From NCBI RefSeq assembly GCF_009914755.1, contig NC_060931.1: DNA of 64,000 nt. One strand, written 5' to 3'. Shown here piece after piece: positions 13,540-29,628 of this stretch. Within the stretch, counting starts at the first letter, position 1; the number at the start of each line of letters is the position of its first letter. A program made the position numbers and the translations under genes. This DNA is from the human T2T-CHM13v2.0 reference genome, Homo sapiens. A model generated the notes under the pieces. It was not told where the DNA came from, searched no databases, and was given only the letters and a program-made list of their open reading frames with translations.

Positions 13540-14430
13540 CGGGCAGGCTTGAGTGTCCTGAGTGCCGCCTACCTGCGGGGGCTTTCTCCTTCTTTATTGC
13601 CGAGCTAACCCAGAATCTCTTTCACTTCCAGGTGGCAAGACAGGGCAGGGCCCTGGCTCCCGCGCGCCCTCTCCCAGGCTTCCCAACAAAACCATCAGCG
13701 GCCCGCTTATCCCGCCTGCCTCTCCCAGGCTAGGCAATACCTCCGAGGCGCATGGCGCTGCCAGGACAGCCCCGCCTCGCCCCAACGTGCCTGCCCCGCC
13801 CCCTCCCACCCCACCCCCTCCGCCTCCACCCTTACCCCCGCCCCTTCCCTCTTCCTCCCCCATCAAAACTCCGCTTGTGTCCCCACCCGGCCCACTGACC
13901 AAAGGGAACCTCCCGGTGGTTGCACCCCCCGTCCCCTGTGCGCCACCACCTCCACCTCCGCCACCTCCCCCAACGCCACCCCCGCTGCCCCCGGCCTCGG
14001 TTCTTAGTGACAAGGCAGTGAAGCCTCAGCTGGCTCCCTTGCACCTCCCGCCCATCCCGCCCCCGCTCCCTCTGCTCCCACCTTGTGGGTATCCGGGGCT
14101 CAAAGCGGAGCCCGCCAGCCCTGCGCAAGATGCGCAGGAGCCTCCCGCCCCGCCGCCCCCGCTCCCCCCTTATGCTTCTTGCTCCCCGAGGGCTTCTTTG
14201 CCCGCGCCCCCTTTGCCAGGAGTTAATAGCAGCAGTGAAACTCCACCCCCGCTACCCCCTAAATCCCCCAGCTTCCAGGCCCCACCGCAGAAGGCCGGTG
14301 CGCAGGCCTTGCCCGCCCCGCCTGCCCCTCCGGGCTCCCAGCCGTTCCTGCAGAAGAAGAGGCATGGCCGACCAGGTAAGGAGCGCTGCCTGGCCCAGTG
14401 CCCCTGGTGGAGTGCGATAAAATCTCGTCG
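13540..14430. promoter_or_regulatory. Intragenic CpG/GC-rich island over WIPF3 exon 5
   Basis: High GC and visibly frequent CpG compared with the flanks; strong C-skew on + strand. Confidence 0.6.
13632..14375 (+). CDS. WIPF3: WIPF3 large proline-rich exon (approx. exon 5), polyproline / SH3- and profilin-binding type motifs
   Basis: Branch-like gctaac ~13604, ttcacttccag acceptor, CAG|GTAAGG donor at 14376; 744 nt, phase 1-1; core of ORF 13562..14563. Confidence 0.96.
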
Positions 14431-14459
14431 TTGCACAGGACTTTATTGTTGGAGGTATT

Positions 14460-14720
14460 CGTTTCAGAGATGGACACCAGGGGTGAGGGAGGCAGAGAGA
14501 CTTGCCCAAAATCATGCTGCATGTAAGCAAGGGATCCCGGCCTTGATCCCCTGCCCTTACTAGCTCTGTGGCCCTGGGCGACCACTTGGCCTCTCTGTTC
14601 TCCCTTCTATTCATCTGTAAAATGGGGATAGATGGCAATAGTTGTTACCTCCTGGGTTTGTTGTTAAGGATTAAGTGAGTTCTTAGGTTTGAGGTGCTTG
14701 GAACAGGGCAACAGTGAGCT
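14460..14720. mobile_element. MIR fragments
   Basis: GACTTGCCCAAAATCA and TTCATCTGTAAAATGGGGATA cores. Confidence 0.65.
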
Positions 14721-15309
14721 TGAGAGGGATTATTTATTCTTACTACCAACCTTCCAACTCCCAATCTCCTCCCTGAGGTGGAGGGGGCGTGAGTGTGGCT
14801 TGTTTCCAGAACCAGGCCTCCTTTTATATTTGCCCGCGTTTTCCTATCTGGCTCCCAGCCAGAATCTTCGCCGGCCCTCAGTAAACTGGATTCCCACTCT
14901 GCCTTAGTTTTCGCAGGTTCTCCGGCTGACTCAGGAAAACTGAGGGCCTGTATTTTGAGCCAAATATTAAAAATAATTCCTTCACATATGCAGCACAGGT
15001 TATTTGAATTGAGCGTTCATGCCCCATGGCTGATTTCCTTGATCCCGCTAGTAGGAGGCTTCATTCAGTTTTAGTGCCCCTGTGAATGGAAAGTACCTCC
15101 ACACGTCCACAGACACACCCACATCCACACAGGCAGACACACTCAAACATATGCACACTCATAACACACACATCCACATGCACACCCCCAACACACATAT
15201 TCCTTTGTCTTTTAGAAAATCTTTTGATGCAGAAAGCTTCTTAAAAGTATTTTCTTGACTTAAAAATAACGCAAGCTTGTTGCAGAGCTAATAGAAGGAA
15301 ATTCAAACT

Positions 15310-15610
15310 GGCCAGGTACGGATGGCTCACACCGGTAATCCCACTGCTTTGGGAGGCCCATGCATGAAGATGGCTTGAGGTCAGGAGTTCTAGGCCAGCC
15401 TGGGTAACACAGCGAAACCCCATCTCTACAGAAAATAAAAATAAAAAATTGGCTGGGCATGGTGGCAGACAACTATAGTCCCAGCTACTTGGGAGGCTAA
15501 GGCAGGAGGATCGTTTGAATCTAGGTGTTCAAGGCTGTGGGGAGCTATGATTGTGCCATTGTACTCCAGCTTGGATGACAGAGCCAGATGCTGCTGTCTC
15601 TGAGTAAATT
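15310..15610 (+). mobile_element. AluJ
   Basis: Diverged dimeric Alu with J-type right arm; tail eroded. Confidence 0.88.
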
Positions 15611-16117
15611 AAGTAATTCAATCACCCATAATAACATCACCCAGAGATGAAAACTGCCATTTGGATAGGTTTCTTCAATTCTTTTTTCTGAATATATGTA
15701 CACGTTTACATGGTTAATACCATTTTTCACATACAGTTTTGTGTTCTGTGTTTTATTTAACATTATGTTAAAAACAATTTTATCAAATTGTTAAAATGTC
15801 TTTATAAGCATGACAATATATTCCATATTCCTCATGTTAGATATCTAAGTTGATTCCATTTTTTGTTATTATGAATAATATTTTAAGAAATACTTTTGTA
15901 GAAATTTTAATCCACGTTTTTGATATTTTTCTAAAAGTATTGGTGTCTTAAAGGGAATTCCTGGTGCAAAGAGCAAAGATATTTTTAAGCCTCTTGATTA
16001 CAAGAGGTAAGGTTTTAATCATTCTCTTTTCAATTGACTGGTCACCATGAGGGCCAGCATTTGGGCTGATAAGCCCCTTCTGATATTTGTTATTTTCATC
16101 TATTTATGATGTGATGA

Positions 16118-16437
<320 letters not shown>

Positions 16438-17499
16438 AACAAAAACAAGGCTTTTGATTCAGAGGGCTATGAGTTCAGATCCTGGGTTCCTCACCCACTC
16501 CTGTGGAAACTCACACCACTTGGGTTTGTTTTTTATTAATACTGAATTTTTTTTATTTGACAAATGGGCCTACTAATAACACCTTTCACATAGGATTATT
16601 AGGAATATGAAATGAGAAATCTGCATAAAGGGCTTGCATGTAACTTCAGCTCCAGCAGCATTATTTCCTTACCACACAGTGGGGCAGCTGTTCACCCAGA
16701 AGAGGGGCTGCAGTCCTTTTACTGCATGTGGGAGCAAGTAAATTCCTCATAGATCCTTGTGCCCAGAAAGGGAAGACCAGAAAGGGAGAGGAAGGCAGTT
16801 GGGAGGAAGAAAAGAAGATGAGCAGATGCTGAAGGGACATGAGACACGAGGATGGCGGCTGATGACTGAGAATGCCTGCTGCAGCTGGGGCCCCTTCATC
16901 TGCTCCAGAGTAGTGAGCCCCAGGCCAGGATGGGGATTCATATCTGGCCTTCTTGTTTGCATCTTTGGATTTGAAACTTGGTTTGTCCATGTTCAAAATA
17001 AGGGCAATTTCTACTTTAGCCCAACATGGGGGGAAAAGAGAGAGGTAGTAGTTGTGAACATCTTAGCACAGATAGTAATAATGTAATTGTCATCATTTCA
17101 AGAAGCAAAGTGATGTTTGCAGTGCCACTGAAGAAATAAGCAGCAGTGGAACCCCTGCACTGATGTGCCAGGATAGCAGATTTTGGGTTGCCAGATGAAC
17201 CATACAGGAAAGTATTGGCAAAGGAGATAGTGAGCCTCTCAGGCATGATCAGAGAAGGCTGGAGGAAGTAGGTTGGATTCAAGTTAGGCCCTGGAGGGCA
17301 CGTAAGATTTAGGTGGACCGGAAAGAGAAACAAGCATTTGCAGTGCTGGAGAACCAGTGTGAGCAGGGACACAGGGGCAGAACAAGCCCCTGACCGCTCC
17401 CTCTTCAAGCCTCCCTCTGGGCCTCTTCTACAGACAGCCCTTCCTGTTCTTACCACTCTCTAGTGATTCCCCTGCTTTGGGCTGTACCTGATGATGAAG

Positions 17500-17750
17500 G
17501 TTATCACCATCATTAATATTATTGCAGCAGCTAACATTTATTGAGGACTTACTACATGCCACTCAACTTAAATTCAACTCATTGAATCTTCTCAGTAACC
17601 CTGGGAAGTGGGTGTACTATTACTACTCCCATCTTACAGATGAGGAAACTAAAACACAAAGAGGCTATGCTACTTATCCCAACAGGAGAACTGCAATTCA
17701 GTGCCAAGCAGGTTGACTCCAGAGGTTGCCCTTTTACTCGCTGTATCATA
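17500..17750. mobile_element. MIR
   Basis: AACATTTATTGAG...CCCATCTTACAGATGAGGAAACT. Confidence 0.75.
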
Positions 17751-17848
17751 TTACATCTGAAGATAGAAATGCCTAATATCTCACATAAGGTTATAGCATC
17801 CACCATTCCCATCCGTGTTTCTGAGTACACCATCATCTTCTCTGTAAG

Positions 17849-17998
17849 GGGCCGGTGGGGGAAAGCTAAATCCACCTCCAGCACCCCCTGCGAGATCACC
17901 TACCACAGAGCTTTCAAGCAAGAGCCAGCAGGCCACAGCCTGGACCCCGACGCAGCAGCCTGGAGGTCAACTGCGAAATGGAAGCCTGCACATCATTG
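17849..17998 (+). CDS. WIPF3: WIPF3 coding exon (approx. exon 6): GAGGGKLNPPPAPPARSPTTELSSKSQQATAWTPTQQPGGQLRNGSLHII
   Basis: tcttctctgtaag acceptor, G|GTAAGT donor at 17999; 150 nt, phase 1-1, continues the reading frame. Confidence 0.93.
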
Positions 17999-18258
17999 GT
18001 AAGTGGGTTGCACCCTCTGCCGGTTTGGCTGCCAGTAGGAAAGTGATTCTCCCAACCTCTGGAGAGAGAGTTTGCTGGCCACAGTGCTGCCATCTCAGGG
18101 TGCATGCTTCTTTCATGAACAGGGGCTCACTCCAGCACCAACCAGCCCATAGGTTCTGTTAAATAGGGTTCCTTTCAAGGCTTTCTGCATAGTTTCAAGG
18201 CCCACTGTCTAGCCTTCTAATTCAGATTAGAGAAAGGGAGGAAAAGCAGCATTTAAAC

Positions 18259-18277
18259 TGTGTGTGTGCGTGTGTGT

Positions 18278-18317
<40 letters not shown>
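18259..18317. repeat. (TG)n microsatellite with CG interruptions
   Basis: Seen directly. Confidence 0.97.
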
Positions 18318-18318
<1 letters not shown>

Positions 18319-19088
18319 TATGGAGAAATCAATGCATAAGCCTGAAAGAGTAGAATGATATGGATAAGGAGAAAGATACATAGAAGACTCACCAGGTAGA
18401 GGGACATTTTGAGTACAAGTATGGAGGTAGGAAGGAAAGTCACCTGGGGTCAGATGTGAAGCCGTGGAATCTTTCGATCCCTTCTGTGTGCTGGGCTAGT
18501 GTCTGACAGAGGCCCAGATCACAAAGCAGGGGCTCAGCCCATGAAAGGGCCACAGGAGCCCTCCCCTCCTGCCAACAGATCCCAGAGCAGAAGCTGTTTG
18601 CTTTGTGGAGCTCAGGTCCCACCCTAGACACAGGCCATGCTCCTCCATTCCCCAGTCATTCTGCCCACCTCTCTCTCCCCTCAAAACCCTCCCAGGAGCT
18701 TCTCAGGTGCTTCAGGTTGCTGGGGCTTTGCCAGTTCCTTGTTGGCACCAGGGTCCCCACCTCTGATTCTGGACCCTGGAGAGCCCCATGCCACTTCCAC
18801 CCCTTTAGCAGCTTCCTTACGGTGTTATTGGTTGAAGTAAGTTCAGGTGGGTGACAGGGAGTGACTGGATTTCCCTCTTCCTGCTTCCCTCCATCCCAAC
18901 CAACCAGTAAAACTTGAGAGGTGAATGGATGTCTTAGGGAGAATGGCCCTGTTGTTAAAATCCTTGCACTGAGCAGGCAAACAGAAAACGGTGGATGCAG
19001 TCAGAGTAATCTCTGTGCTCCTGGAAATGATCAAAACTTGGATCATGACAGTAACCTGAGTAACTCTTTCCATTTCGCTTGTGTGCAG

Positions 19089-19190
19089 ATGACTTCGAGT
19101 CTAAATTCACGTTCCATTCTGTGGAAGACTTTCCCCCTCCGGATGAATATAAACCATGCCAGAAGATTTACCCCAGCAAGATCCCCAGAA
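19089..19190 (+). CDS. WIPF3: WIPF3 exon 7, (N-)WASP EVH1-binding domain: DDFESKFTFHSVEDFPPPDEYKPCQKIYPSKIPR
   Basis: gtgtgcag acceptor, GTAAGT donor at 19191; 102 nt = 34 codons; homologous to the WIP ESRFYFHPISDLPPPEPY...KSYPSK segment. Confidence 0.96.
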
Positions 19191-19597
19191 GTAAGTACCA
19201 CCTTGATAAGACTCCTGGCATCTCCCGACCCTTCAAAATTAGGTGCCCACTGTGCATCAGTTGGTCACAGACTGTCTAAAGGATGATGTCATGATTTCAC
19301 TGTACCACTGCAAGGATGTAGTGCTGTGCATAGTTCTGGAACTTTCAGGACATTGATTTCTCCTGATACCTAAGTGTTCATTTAGAGATTTTTATAGAAC
19401 ACTAAGGGTAACTGTTTGGCATCAGATTTGGATGCCTAAACTTACCACTCATCTCTCTCCTCCCTGGGGCTTTTGATAAGGGAACTAACCAACCCAGATA
19501 ACAGCAAAATAGGATATTTTGCATCAATCACTGAGGAGGAACCTGAAAACCCCTAATTCAGAACTCTGGCAAATCGTGACATGGAGAATGTCCTCAG

Positions 19598-19760
19598 GTC
19601 AATGGTTCTCAACCTTGGCAACATATTAGAATGACCTAAGGAGCTTTTACAAATCCTGAAGGCCAGGTTACATCTAAACCACATAATCAGAATATCAAGG
19701 TGTCAGGATTTTTAAAAGCTGCCAGGTCATTCCAACATACAGCCAAGGTTGAGAATAATA
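19598..19760. mobile_element. MER5A-like hAT-Charlie MITE
   Basis: CAATGGTTCTCAACCTTGGC ... GCCAAGGTTGAGAA inverted termini. Confidence 0.75.
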
Positions 19761-19862
19761 GCCCAGTAAGGGCCCTCCTCCTCCTGATTTCATTGTGTGG
19801 TCAGACTTTAAGAGAGGACATTTAACCCAGCTTAACTGTTCAGCCTTAAGAGTAGAAAGATG

Positions 19863-21134
<1,272 letters not shown>

Positions 21135-22199
21135 TGTTCATCTCTGGGTCCGCTGGGACATCTCTCTGCTGGCCTGCGTGGCTGTACATTTAGAGATATA
21201 ACCCTGTGTGCCCTTTCTAATAAAATGTAAATACCAACTGCTCTGAGTTGAGAGAGAGAGAAAGGGATCAGTATGAAGGAGGATGGAGGGAAATCCCACC
21301 CACTGAAGGTTAAATAGAACATGAAGGGCCAGCAATGGGGGAAGACAGGTGCTGTGTCCATCTCCCATCCTTGCTCAGTTCAGCGCGCTCACATGAACCG
21401 CCTGTCATACGGCAGGCACCCTGTAGGCACCAGAGGCTGCAAAGTGTAAGAAACAAGCTCTCCTCCACCACGCACCCACCACCCTCCTGAGATAGATGAG
21501 AATTAGACCCCATAAGAGTGTCTTAATCAATGATTGTTTAGAGTGCCAAGGGGGTGCAGGTGAATGCTGGGGGCCTGAAAGCCAGAGAGAGAGGGTCACA
21601 GTTCCACGTGGGTGGGAAGGCATCCAGGCTGAGGACAGGACAGACCCAGGAGAGAGTGTGATTGTGCTGGGTGCATGTAGGAACCATCTGTCCCACGTGG
21701 TACATCAGAGCCCAAGGTGCCTGGCTAGATAAGACCATACAGACTGCCGGAGGTGCAAGGTTGGGAGTGTGTGTCCATATATAACACCCCTTTCCCCATC
21801 TTGTGAAATATGCACAGGAATCAGCTCGATAAAAACCTAAGTGTTTGTGTTCTTATTGGAGGACACAGCTTAGGTTCCCCAACAGCAGGCCTCCTAATAC
21901 TGCCCCAGAATTAGGCTCCTTTACTCCCTCAGGCAGCAGGACTCACACATGAGGAAACTGAGCCTGGCCCCCTGCAGTCACAGAGTGTGCCTCACGGGAC
22001 TTTCCACATGGCAAGGAGAGCAGAGCCAAGGGACCCCCTTCATCAACAGGCAGCTGGATCTCATAGTGGGCCGGAAGGAGCCAGGCTGCACGGGGCTGCC
22101 TGCACATGAACCTATGGAGACAAGGAGATAAGGGTGCCTTCTAACAGTCTGTGTCCTGCCTAAGGCATTGGAGCGTGAACCTGTAAGCAGGGAAGAACT

Positions 22200-22420
22200 G
22201 TCAGTGCAAACACTAAATGACAGTTCCAGGGCCGTCATGGACCCTGCAGTGGATGCTGTGGATGTTCATGCCTGGCACTGTTCTAGGTGCTTTGCATACC
22301 TTATCATTTGTCCTTAATGCAGAGAGTTTCCAGACAGGGAAAAGGCCAAGTGACTTGCCTAAAGCCTCACAGCAGATTAAAGCCAGAGCCAGGAATTTTG
22401 AACCCACACCTGTCTGAACC
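22200..22420. mobile_element. MIR
   Basis: GCCTGGCACTGTTCTAGGTGCTTT...AAGTGACTTGCCTAAAG..CACAGC. Confidence 0.7.
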
Positions 22421-22551
22421 CAGGGCCAGTTCCATTTGGCCGTGGTGAACTCTGAGAACGGACGTGATGAGATGCAGGTTGAGACAGATAACCAGTGGCT
22501 TGATCAGAGGAGGTAGAGACCAGGGTCAGGGAACCTGTTAGCCAGCTATTA

Positions 22552-22989
<438 letters not shown>

Positions 22990-23627
22990 TCAGGGGGAGG
23001 TGATGGGATTCCTGTCATTTATGGTGAGGGGAGGTGGCTAAAGGGCTACAAGGGGGAGATGCCATGTGGCAGGTGGAGCGCAGGGTATACAGGTCTGGGG
23101 CTGATAGGGTGGGGCAAGGGCAAGGACTTGATTTGCTGGCCATTAGTTTGGAGATGGAAATATAGAACAATGAAGGACATGGCCATGATGTCGGCCGGGG
23201 TGCGTGAAGTAGGTCTGTCTGTGTGACAGGAGGCTTTAAGCTGCCAATGAACAGGGTCAACTCAGTCCCTCCCAGACAGCCAGGCCCGTGCAAGCATTTA
23301 ATAAATGGGACTTGACTTTGGTGACCTAGACAGAAAGCTGAGGGGGGAGGTAAGGAATTCCTTTTATTATACTGTCACCAAGTTGTAAATCAAGAATGTA
23401 TACTGTTTTTCTTAATTTAATTCAGTACACTTATTGGCAGTATTGAAATAACTGTGCCCTTGGAAAATGCAAATGTACAGAATCCCAGCTACTGGCTCAT
23501 TCAGGCTCCTTTCCTTCCCCTGAGGCAGGGTTTGCTGACTGGCCACGTTCATGCCATAAGCCCCACAGCTTTCCCTTACACCCACCTGGCCCCTGAAGGC
23601 TTTTTAATTGTAACCTATACCCTAAAC

Positions 23628-23843
23628 CAGAGGTCAGCAAACATTTGCTGTAAAGGACCAGAGAATACATATTTGAAGTAATGCAGGTCTCGATTACAAC
23701 TACTCAATTCTGCTGATTATTAAATCAATCAGCAGCCATAAATAATACATAAATGAATCGGCATGGCTGTGTTCCAATAAAACTTTATTTACAAAAACAG
23801 GTGCGGGCTGGATTTGGTCTGCTGGTCATGTTTTGCTGATCTG
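23628..23843 (+). mobile_element. MER58A hAT-Charlie MITE
   Basis: CAGAGGTCAGCAAAC...TTTGCTGATCTG termini with a perfect 8-bp TSD CCCTAAAC. Confidence 0.85.
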
Positions 23844-24506
23844 CCCTAAACCATTCCAGAAAACAGATTCCTAAAAACCTCTTTCTGCTCTTCAGTCTTT
23901 CTCAGTAATGTGCTGTGGGGTCCCTCAACCTTCAGATTCAGTCAGTGCTAATCTACAGCTAGCTGCATTTTATGTCCGTGGTGCTCACTCGCGTCCTCAA
24001 GAAGAGAAGAAAAGCTACACCCCCTCACTGCACACAGCTTGCCAGGAGGGTGCAATTGGCAGTCTGTGCACCAAAAATAATCTCCTGATGTTTACAAAGA
24101 GCAGTTTTTTAAACAGCCTATTAAATGAACTGACATTGTACAGACTTGAAAGGGCAAGTGCAATTTCAAAATTAAGATACTGTTTTAGATTGATGTGGCA
24201 TCGGTGGACACGAAGTACTCCACTAGCCTCCCAGCAAAATTAAATATGCATGTTCCTGTCATCCCTGTGAGCCCTAGTGCAGAACCTTTTAAATTATATT
24301 AGTGTGAATCAGATGTGGTGTATGCCTGTCTGATTACATTTCTCCTTACCAGTTTTCTTCTTGTTCACTGTTGACCTGGCTCCCCAAGATGAGTTCTTCG
24401 TGGTCTGGGAGACAGTGTTGTTTCTATCAGATGAGTGTGTTCTCATACCCTGTGGTCTCCTATGTGCCCTCTGTCCCCACCTGCTTGTTTGCTGTCTCTC
24501 TTTCTG

Positions 24507-24551
24507 ACACACACACACACACACACACACGACACACACACGAGCACACAC
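24507..24551. repeat. (CA)n microsatellite
   Basis: Seen directly. Confidence 0.95.
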
Positions 24552-24631
24552 GCTTAGCTCTTCCACTAGCCATCATCACTGTCTCCACTCTGCAGGTGTT
24601 TGCTATTTTCTTCCATTGAGTGAATGGCTTT

Positions 24632-24977
<346 letters not shown>

Positions 24978-25272
24978 TAGTTTTTTTTTCCTAATGTTTT
25001 TAAAATGCATTAGATTCCTCAATAAGTGAAACATATAATTACCATTATGACCCATCAATTCCACTCTTGGGTATAGGCTAAAAAGAATTTAAAACTAGTG
25101 TTCAAACAAGAACTTGTACACAAATATTCATAGCAGCACTATTCACAATAGCTAAAAGGTGGAAATAACTGATGAACACAGAAGCAAAATGTGGTGTAGC
25201 CATACGATGGAATATGATTCAACAAGAAATAGGATGGAAGCACTGATACATTGCTACAACATGGATAAACCT

Positions 25273-25665
25273 TGTGTTAGTTTGTTCTCACATTGTTATA
25301 AAGAAATACTTGAAACTGGGTAATTTATAGGAAAAGAGGCGTAATTGGCTCACAGTTCTGCAGGCTGTACAGGAAGCATAATGCCAGCATTTGCTTCTTG
25401 GGAAGCCTCAGGGAGCATCCAGTCATGGTGGAAGGCGAATGAGGAGCACTTCTGTCACGTGACGGAGCGGAGCAACAGGGAGAGTGTTTGGAGGAGGTGC
25501 CACACACTTAACTAGATCTTGCAAGAATTCACTATCTCCAGGACAGCATCAAGCCATAAGGGATCTGCCCCCATGACTCAGACACCTCACACCAGGCCCC
25601 ACCTCTAAATTGGGGATTACAGTTAAACATGAAATTTGGTGGGGACACATATTCAAACTATATCA
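25273..25665 (-). mobile_element. MST (MaLR) solo LTR
   Basis: TG...CA termini, 5-bp TSD AACCT, MST/THE1-type sequence. Confidence 0.87.
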
Positions 25666-25852
25666 AACCTTGAAAATATTATGTAAGTGAAAGAATCCAG
25701 AAACGAAAGGCCACATGTTGTATAATTTCATTCAGATGGAATGTCCAGAAGAGGCAAATCCACAGAGACAGAAAATAGATTAGTGGTTTCCAGAGAGAAG
25801 AGGAAGAAGGGAATGGTGAGTGAGTACTGATGGATGCAAGGCTTTCTTTTGG

Positions 25853-26424
<572 letters not shown>

Positions 26425-26679
26425 CTAAATGTCACTAATGGTAAATTGTATGTTATGTGTATTTTACAACAATAAAAAGAAAGTGAACAAAAACTGTCAG
26501 TAGGAATTTTGGGAAAAATGCAAAGGTCACAAATATTTGTTAACATAATGATGGTATAAAGAATGACATCATCTTCCTATCAACAGATACTCACTGAGGC
26601 CCTTGCCCTTTGGAGAGATTTAGATAAACAAGTACCTCACATGTGCTTGAAAAATTCACATTTCAAACATAATTGTGGT

Positions 26680-27270
26680 TATATCCCAAGTCCTGAACAA
26701 CTCCCCATTCTCCTCTTCCCCCAGCCCCTGGCAGTACCCTTCTACTCTCTGTCTCTATTAATTTCACTGCTCTAGGTACCTCATGTAAGTGGAATTATAT
26801 AGCATTAGTTTTTTTAAGCCTGGTTTATTTTACTTAGCTTATGTCCTCAAAATTCATCTATGTTGTAGCATATGTCAAAATTTATTTCCTTTTTAAGGCT
26901 GAATAGTATTCCATCGTATGGATGTACCACATTTTGTTATCCATTAATCTGTTGATAGACACTTGGGCTGCTTCCACCTCTTAACTTCTGTGAATGCTCT
27001 GAACATGGAAGTACAAATATCTGTTCAAGTCCCTGCTTTCAATACCCAAAGTAGAATTGCTGGATCGTATGGTAATTCCATTTTTAATTTTTTGAGGAAA
27101 TGCTATACTGTTTTCATATCTACTGGGCCATTTTACACTTCTACCATCAGTGTGCAAGTGTTTCAATTTCTCTATATTCTCTCTGACAATTTTTATTTTC
27201 TGTTTTTTATTTTATCTTATTTTTGTTGTATAGTGGCCATTCTAACAGGTGTGAGGTGGTATCTCTTTGT
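26680..27270 (-). mobile_element. L1M 3' fragment (antisense)
   Basis: Antisense L1 ORF2 end/3'UTR text (GGTGTGAGGTGGTATCTC...). Confidence 0.82.
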
Positions 27271-27499
27271 GATTGAACTCCTATTTTAAAATAGAGTTAC
27301 TTTACACTTAACAGTAAAAACACGCACCGTTATTTCCATTAGCAATGGAAACTCTCCATTAGGCACTGCAGTAATTTCAACAGTATGGAATAGTTCATGT
27401 CATAAAAATTAAAGAATTAGATGTCCCAAGACAGAGAACAAAACATACTGCCAGTAGGAGGGTATTTATTTCCATCTTTGCGGAAGGCAGCTGGGGAGT

Positions 27500-29280
27500 A
27501 AGAACCTCTGCCCTGATGAGCTTTCCTTGGTGAAGCCTGGTTTTTACTGCTGACCATACCTCTTCAAAAGCTGTCTTCCAGCACCCCACTCTTTTACCAC
27601 AGCTTCTGTCCTTCCAGGACAATCCTTTATTTCTTTGAACCCATGAAGGTACTGTAATGTCTATAAAGTATCTCTCTGGACCTACTCTGGTCCCTGAGCC
27701 ATTTTTCTGCTCTTCTCTTAGCCAACACTGCCTCCACTTCCCCACCCCCTGTTCTCTCTGGAGCCAAGTCCTCCCAGGCTTTCTCCCCTCAGCACCATGG
27801 TAAGCGCTCTTACCAAGGCCACCAGTGGAGCTCCATGTTGCCAACTACAGTGTCAGAGGCTCTAGCCTCAGCCCGTCACTCCCTCTTTCTGAAACACTTC
27901 TTCATTTAGATTTTATGACAGCTCTCTCCTTTCTCCTTCCACTGTACACTGACTCCTTCTCAGTTTTTTGTTACACCACACACTTCAGAGTCGTCTTTGA
28001 CTTCTCTCTTCTACTCCTGCATCCAACTTACCAGTGAACTCGGGTGTCTCTCCTTGAAATGCACCCAGAATCTGATCTCTCTTACCTCCTCTGCCACTCC
28101 CATTCTGCCCTAAGCCACTGTCATTCCTCACCTGAATTGTTGCTGGAACCTGCTAACAGGATCCACTGCTTCACACTGCAGCCCAAGTGATTTGTCTACA
28201 GTCCAAGTCCAGTCACTCCCCTCCGCTCAGAATCCTCCAGGGAATCCCCATCTCGCCCCAAGTCAACTGGAAATTCCTATCATGGTTCATAAGACCTACG
28301 TGAACTTCCTCCCTCCCCTTTCACCACTCTCCTCCTACCTCATTGTGCTCTAACAACACCTGCAATTTCCAGAACATTCCAAGTACACATTTGTTCCTGG
28401 GCTCTGCATTTGCTGTTCCTTCTGATACCTGGTTCTGAGTGATGATAACCACTTTTAATACATTGGTGTACATATTTCTGGTCTTTTCTCTCTTTATTTG
28501 ATCAATTTCTTTTCTACCTAAATATACAAACTATTTTTTACAAAATTTAGGTTTTATTTTATGTACTTTTTAGTATACTTTCTCCGAATATCCATGTGAC
28601 CGTCTCCCTACTTTCTCTTGATCTTTGATCAAATGGTACCTGTCTTAGCTCAGGCTGCCATAACAAAATACCATAGACTGGGTGGCACAAACAACAGAAA
28701 TTTATTTTCTCATGGTTCTGGAGGCTGAGAAGTCCAAGATCAAGGTGCTGGTCAATTTAGTTTCTGGGGAGGGCTCTCTTCCTGGCTTGCAGAGGGCTAC
28801 CTTCTCACTGTGTGCACACTTGGTGCCACACAAGCTTCCTGGTGTCCTGTTTTATAAGGGCACTAATCCCATCATGAGGGTCCCATCCTCATGACTTCAT
28901 TTGCACCTAACGACCTGCCAAAAACCACGCCTCCAAATACCATCATACTGGGGCTAGGGCTTCCACATATGAATTTTGGAGAAACACGATTCAATCCATG
29001 GCAGTAACTTATCAGAGAGGTCTCCCCTGACTACCCTGTATAAGACAGAAGCTCTTCCTGCCCTATCACTTTTTATTCTCTTTACACTGTTTTTTAATTG
29101 TCTTCAAAGCATTTATCACCTCCAGACATTATTTACCTGCTACTTGTCTGCCTCCGCAGTACAGTGTAAGGCCCTGAATGGCAGAGACTGCAGCAGTTTT
29201 TATTCACTGGCTTATTTCCAGCTCTCAGAATAAAGTGAGGCACACAGACACTCCTTACGTATTTGTTGAATTAATAAATT
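27500..29280. mobile_element. Long L2 remnant with nested insertions
   Basis: L2-type pyrimidine-rich body ending TATTTGTTGAATTAAT ~29275; boundaries approximate. Confidence 0.65.
28641..29003 (-). mobile_element. MLT1A0-like MaLR LTR
   Basis: TGTCTTAG..CAGGCTGCCATAACAAAATACCATAGACTGGGTGG terminus. Confidence 0.85.
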
Positions 29281-29628
29281 AAAATGTTCACTCATATATG
29301 CATTGCTGAACCATTTACATAATAAAACAATTTGGAAATAGCACACATCTCCAGTATTGGGGTTAAATAAATGGAGGCAGAGCCACACAATGGAATGCTA
29401 TGTAACCATTACAAAATGGGGCTATCAAATATTTAGTGACATGGGAAAATGTTTACCTTTTTACGTAAAAACACCTTGTTATGTAAAAACAATACCAAAA
29501 AATGTATACAAAAAAGTATATAAAATAAAATCTACATTTTGTAAAAAATAAATTCGTGTATCTGCAGAAAAGGAGAAGTTGATCAAATAGAAGAGAGAAG
29601 AGACTAGAAATATGTACACCAAAATATT

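Noticed and set aside
13594-14638. Gly-rich antisense and alternative-frame ORFs
   Set aside because: Shadows of the GC-rich polyproline exon.
19191-19279. Exon 7 frame stays open 29 codons into the intron
   Set aside because: Strong GTAAGT donor, no nearby canonical poly(A) signal noticed, and the length is within chance expectation.
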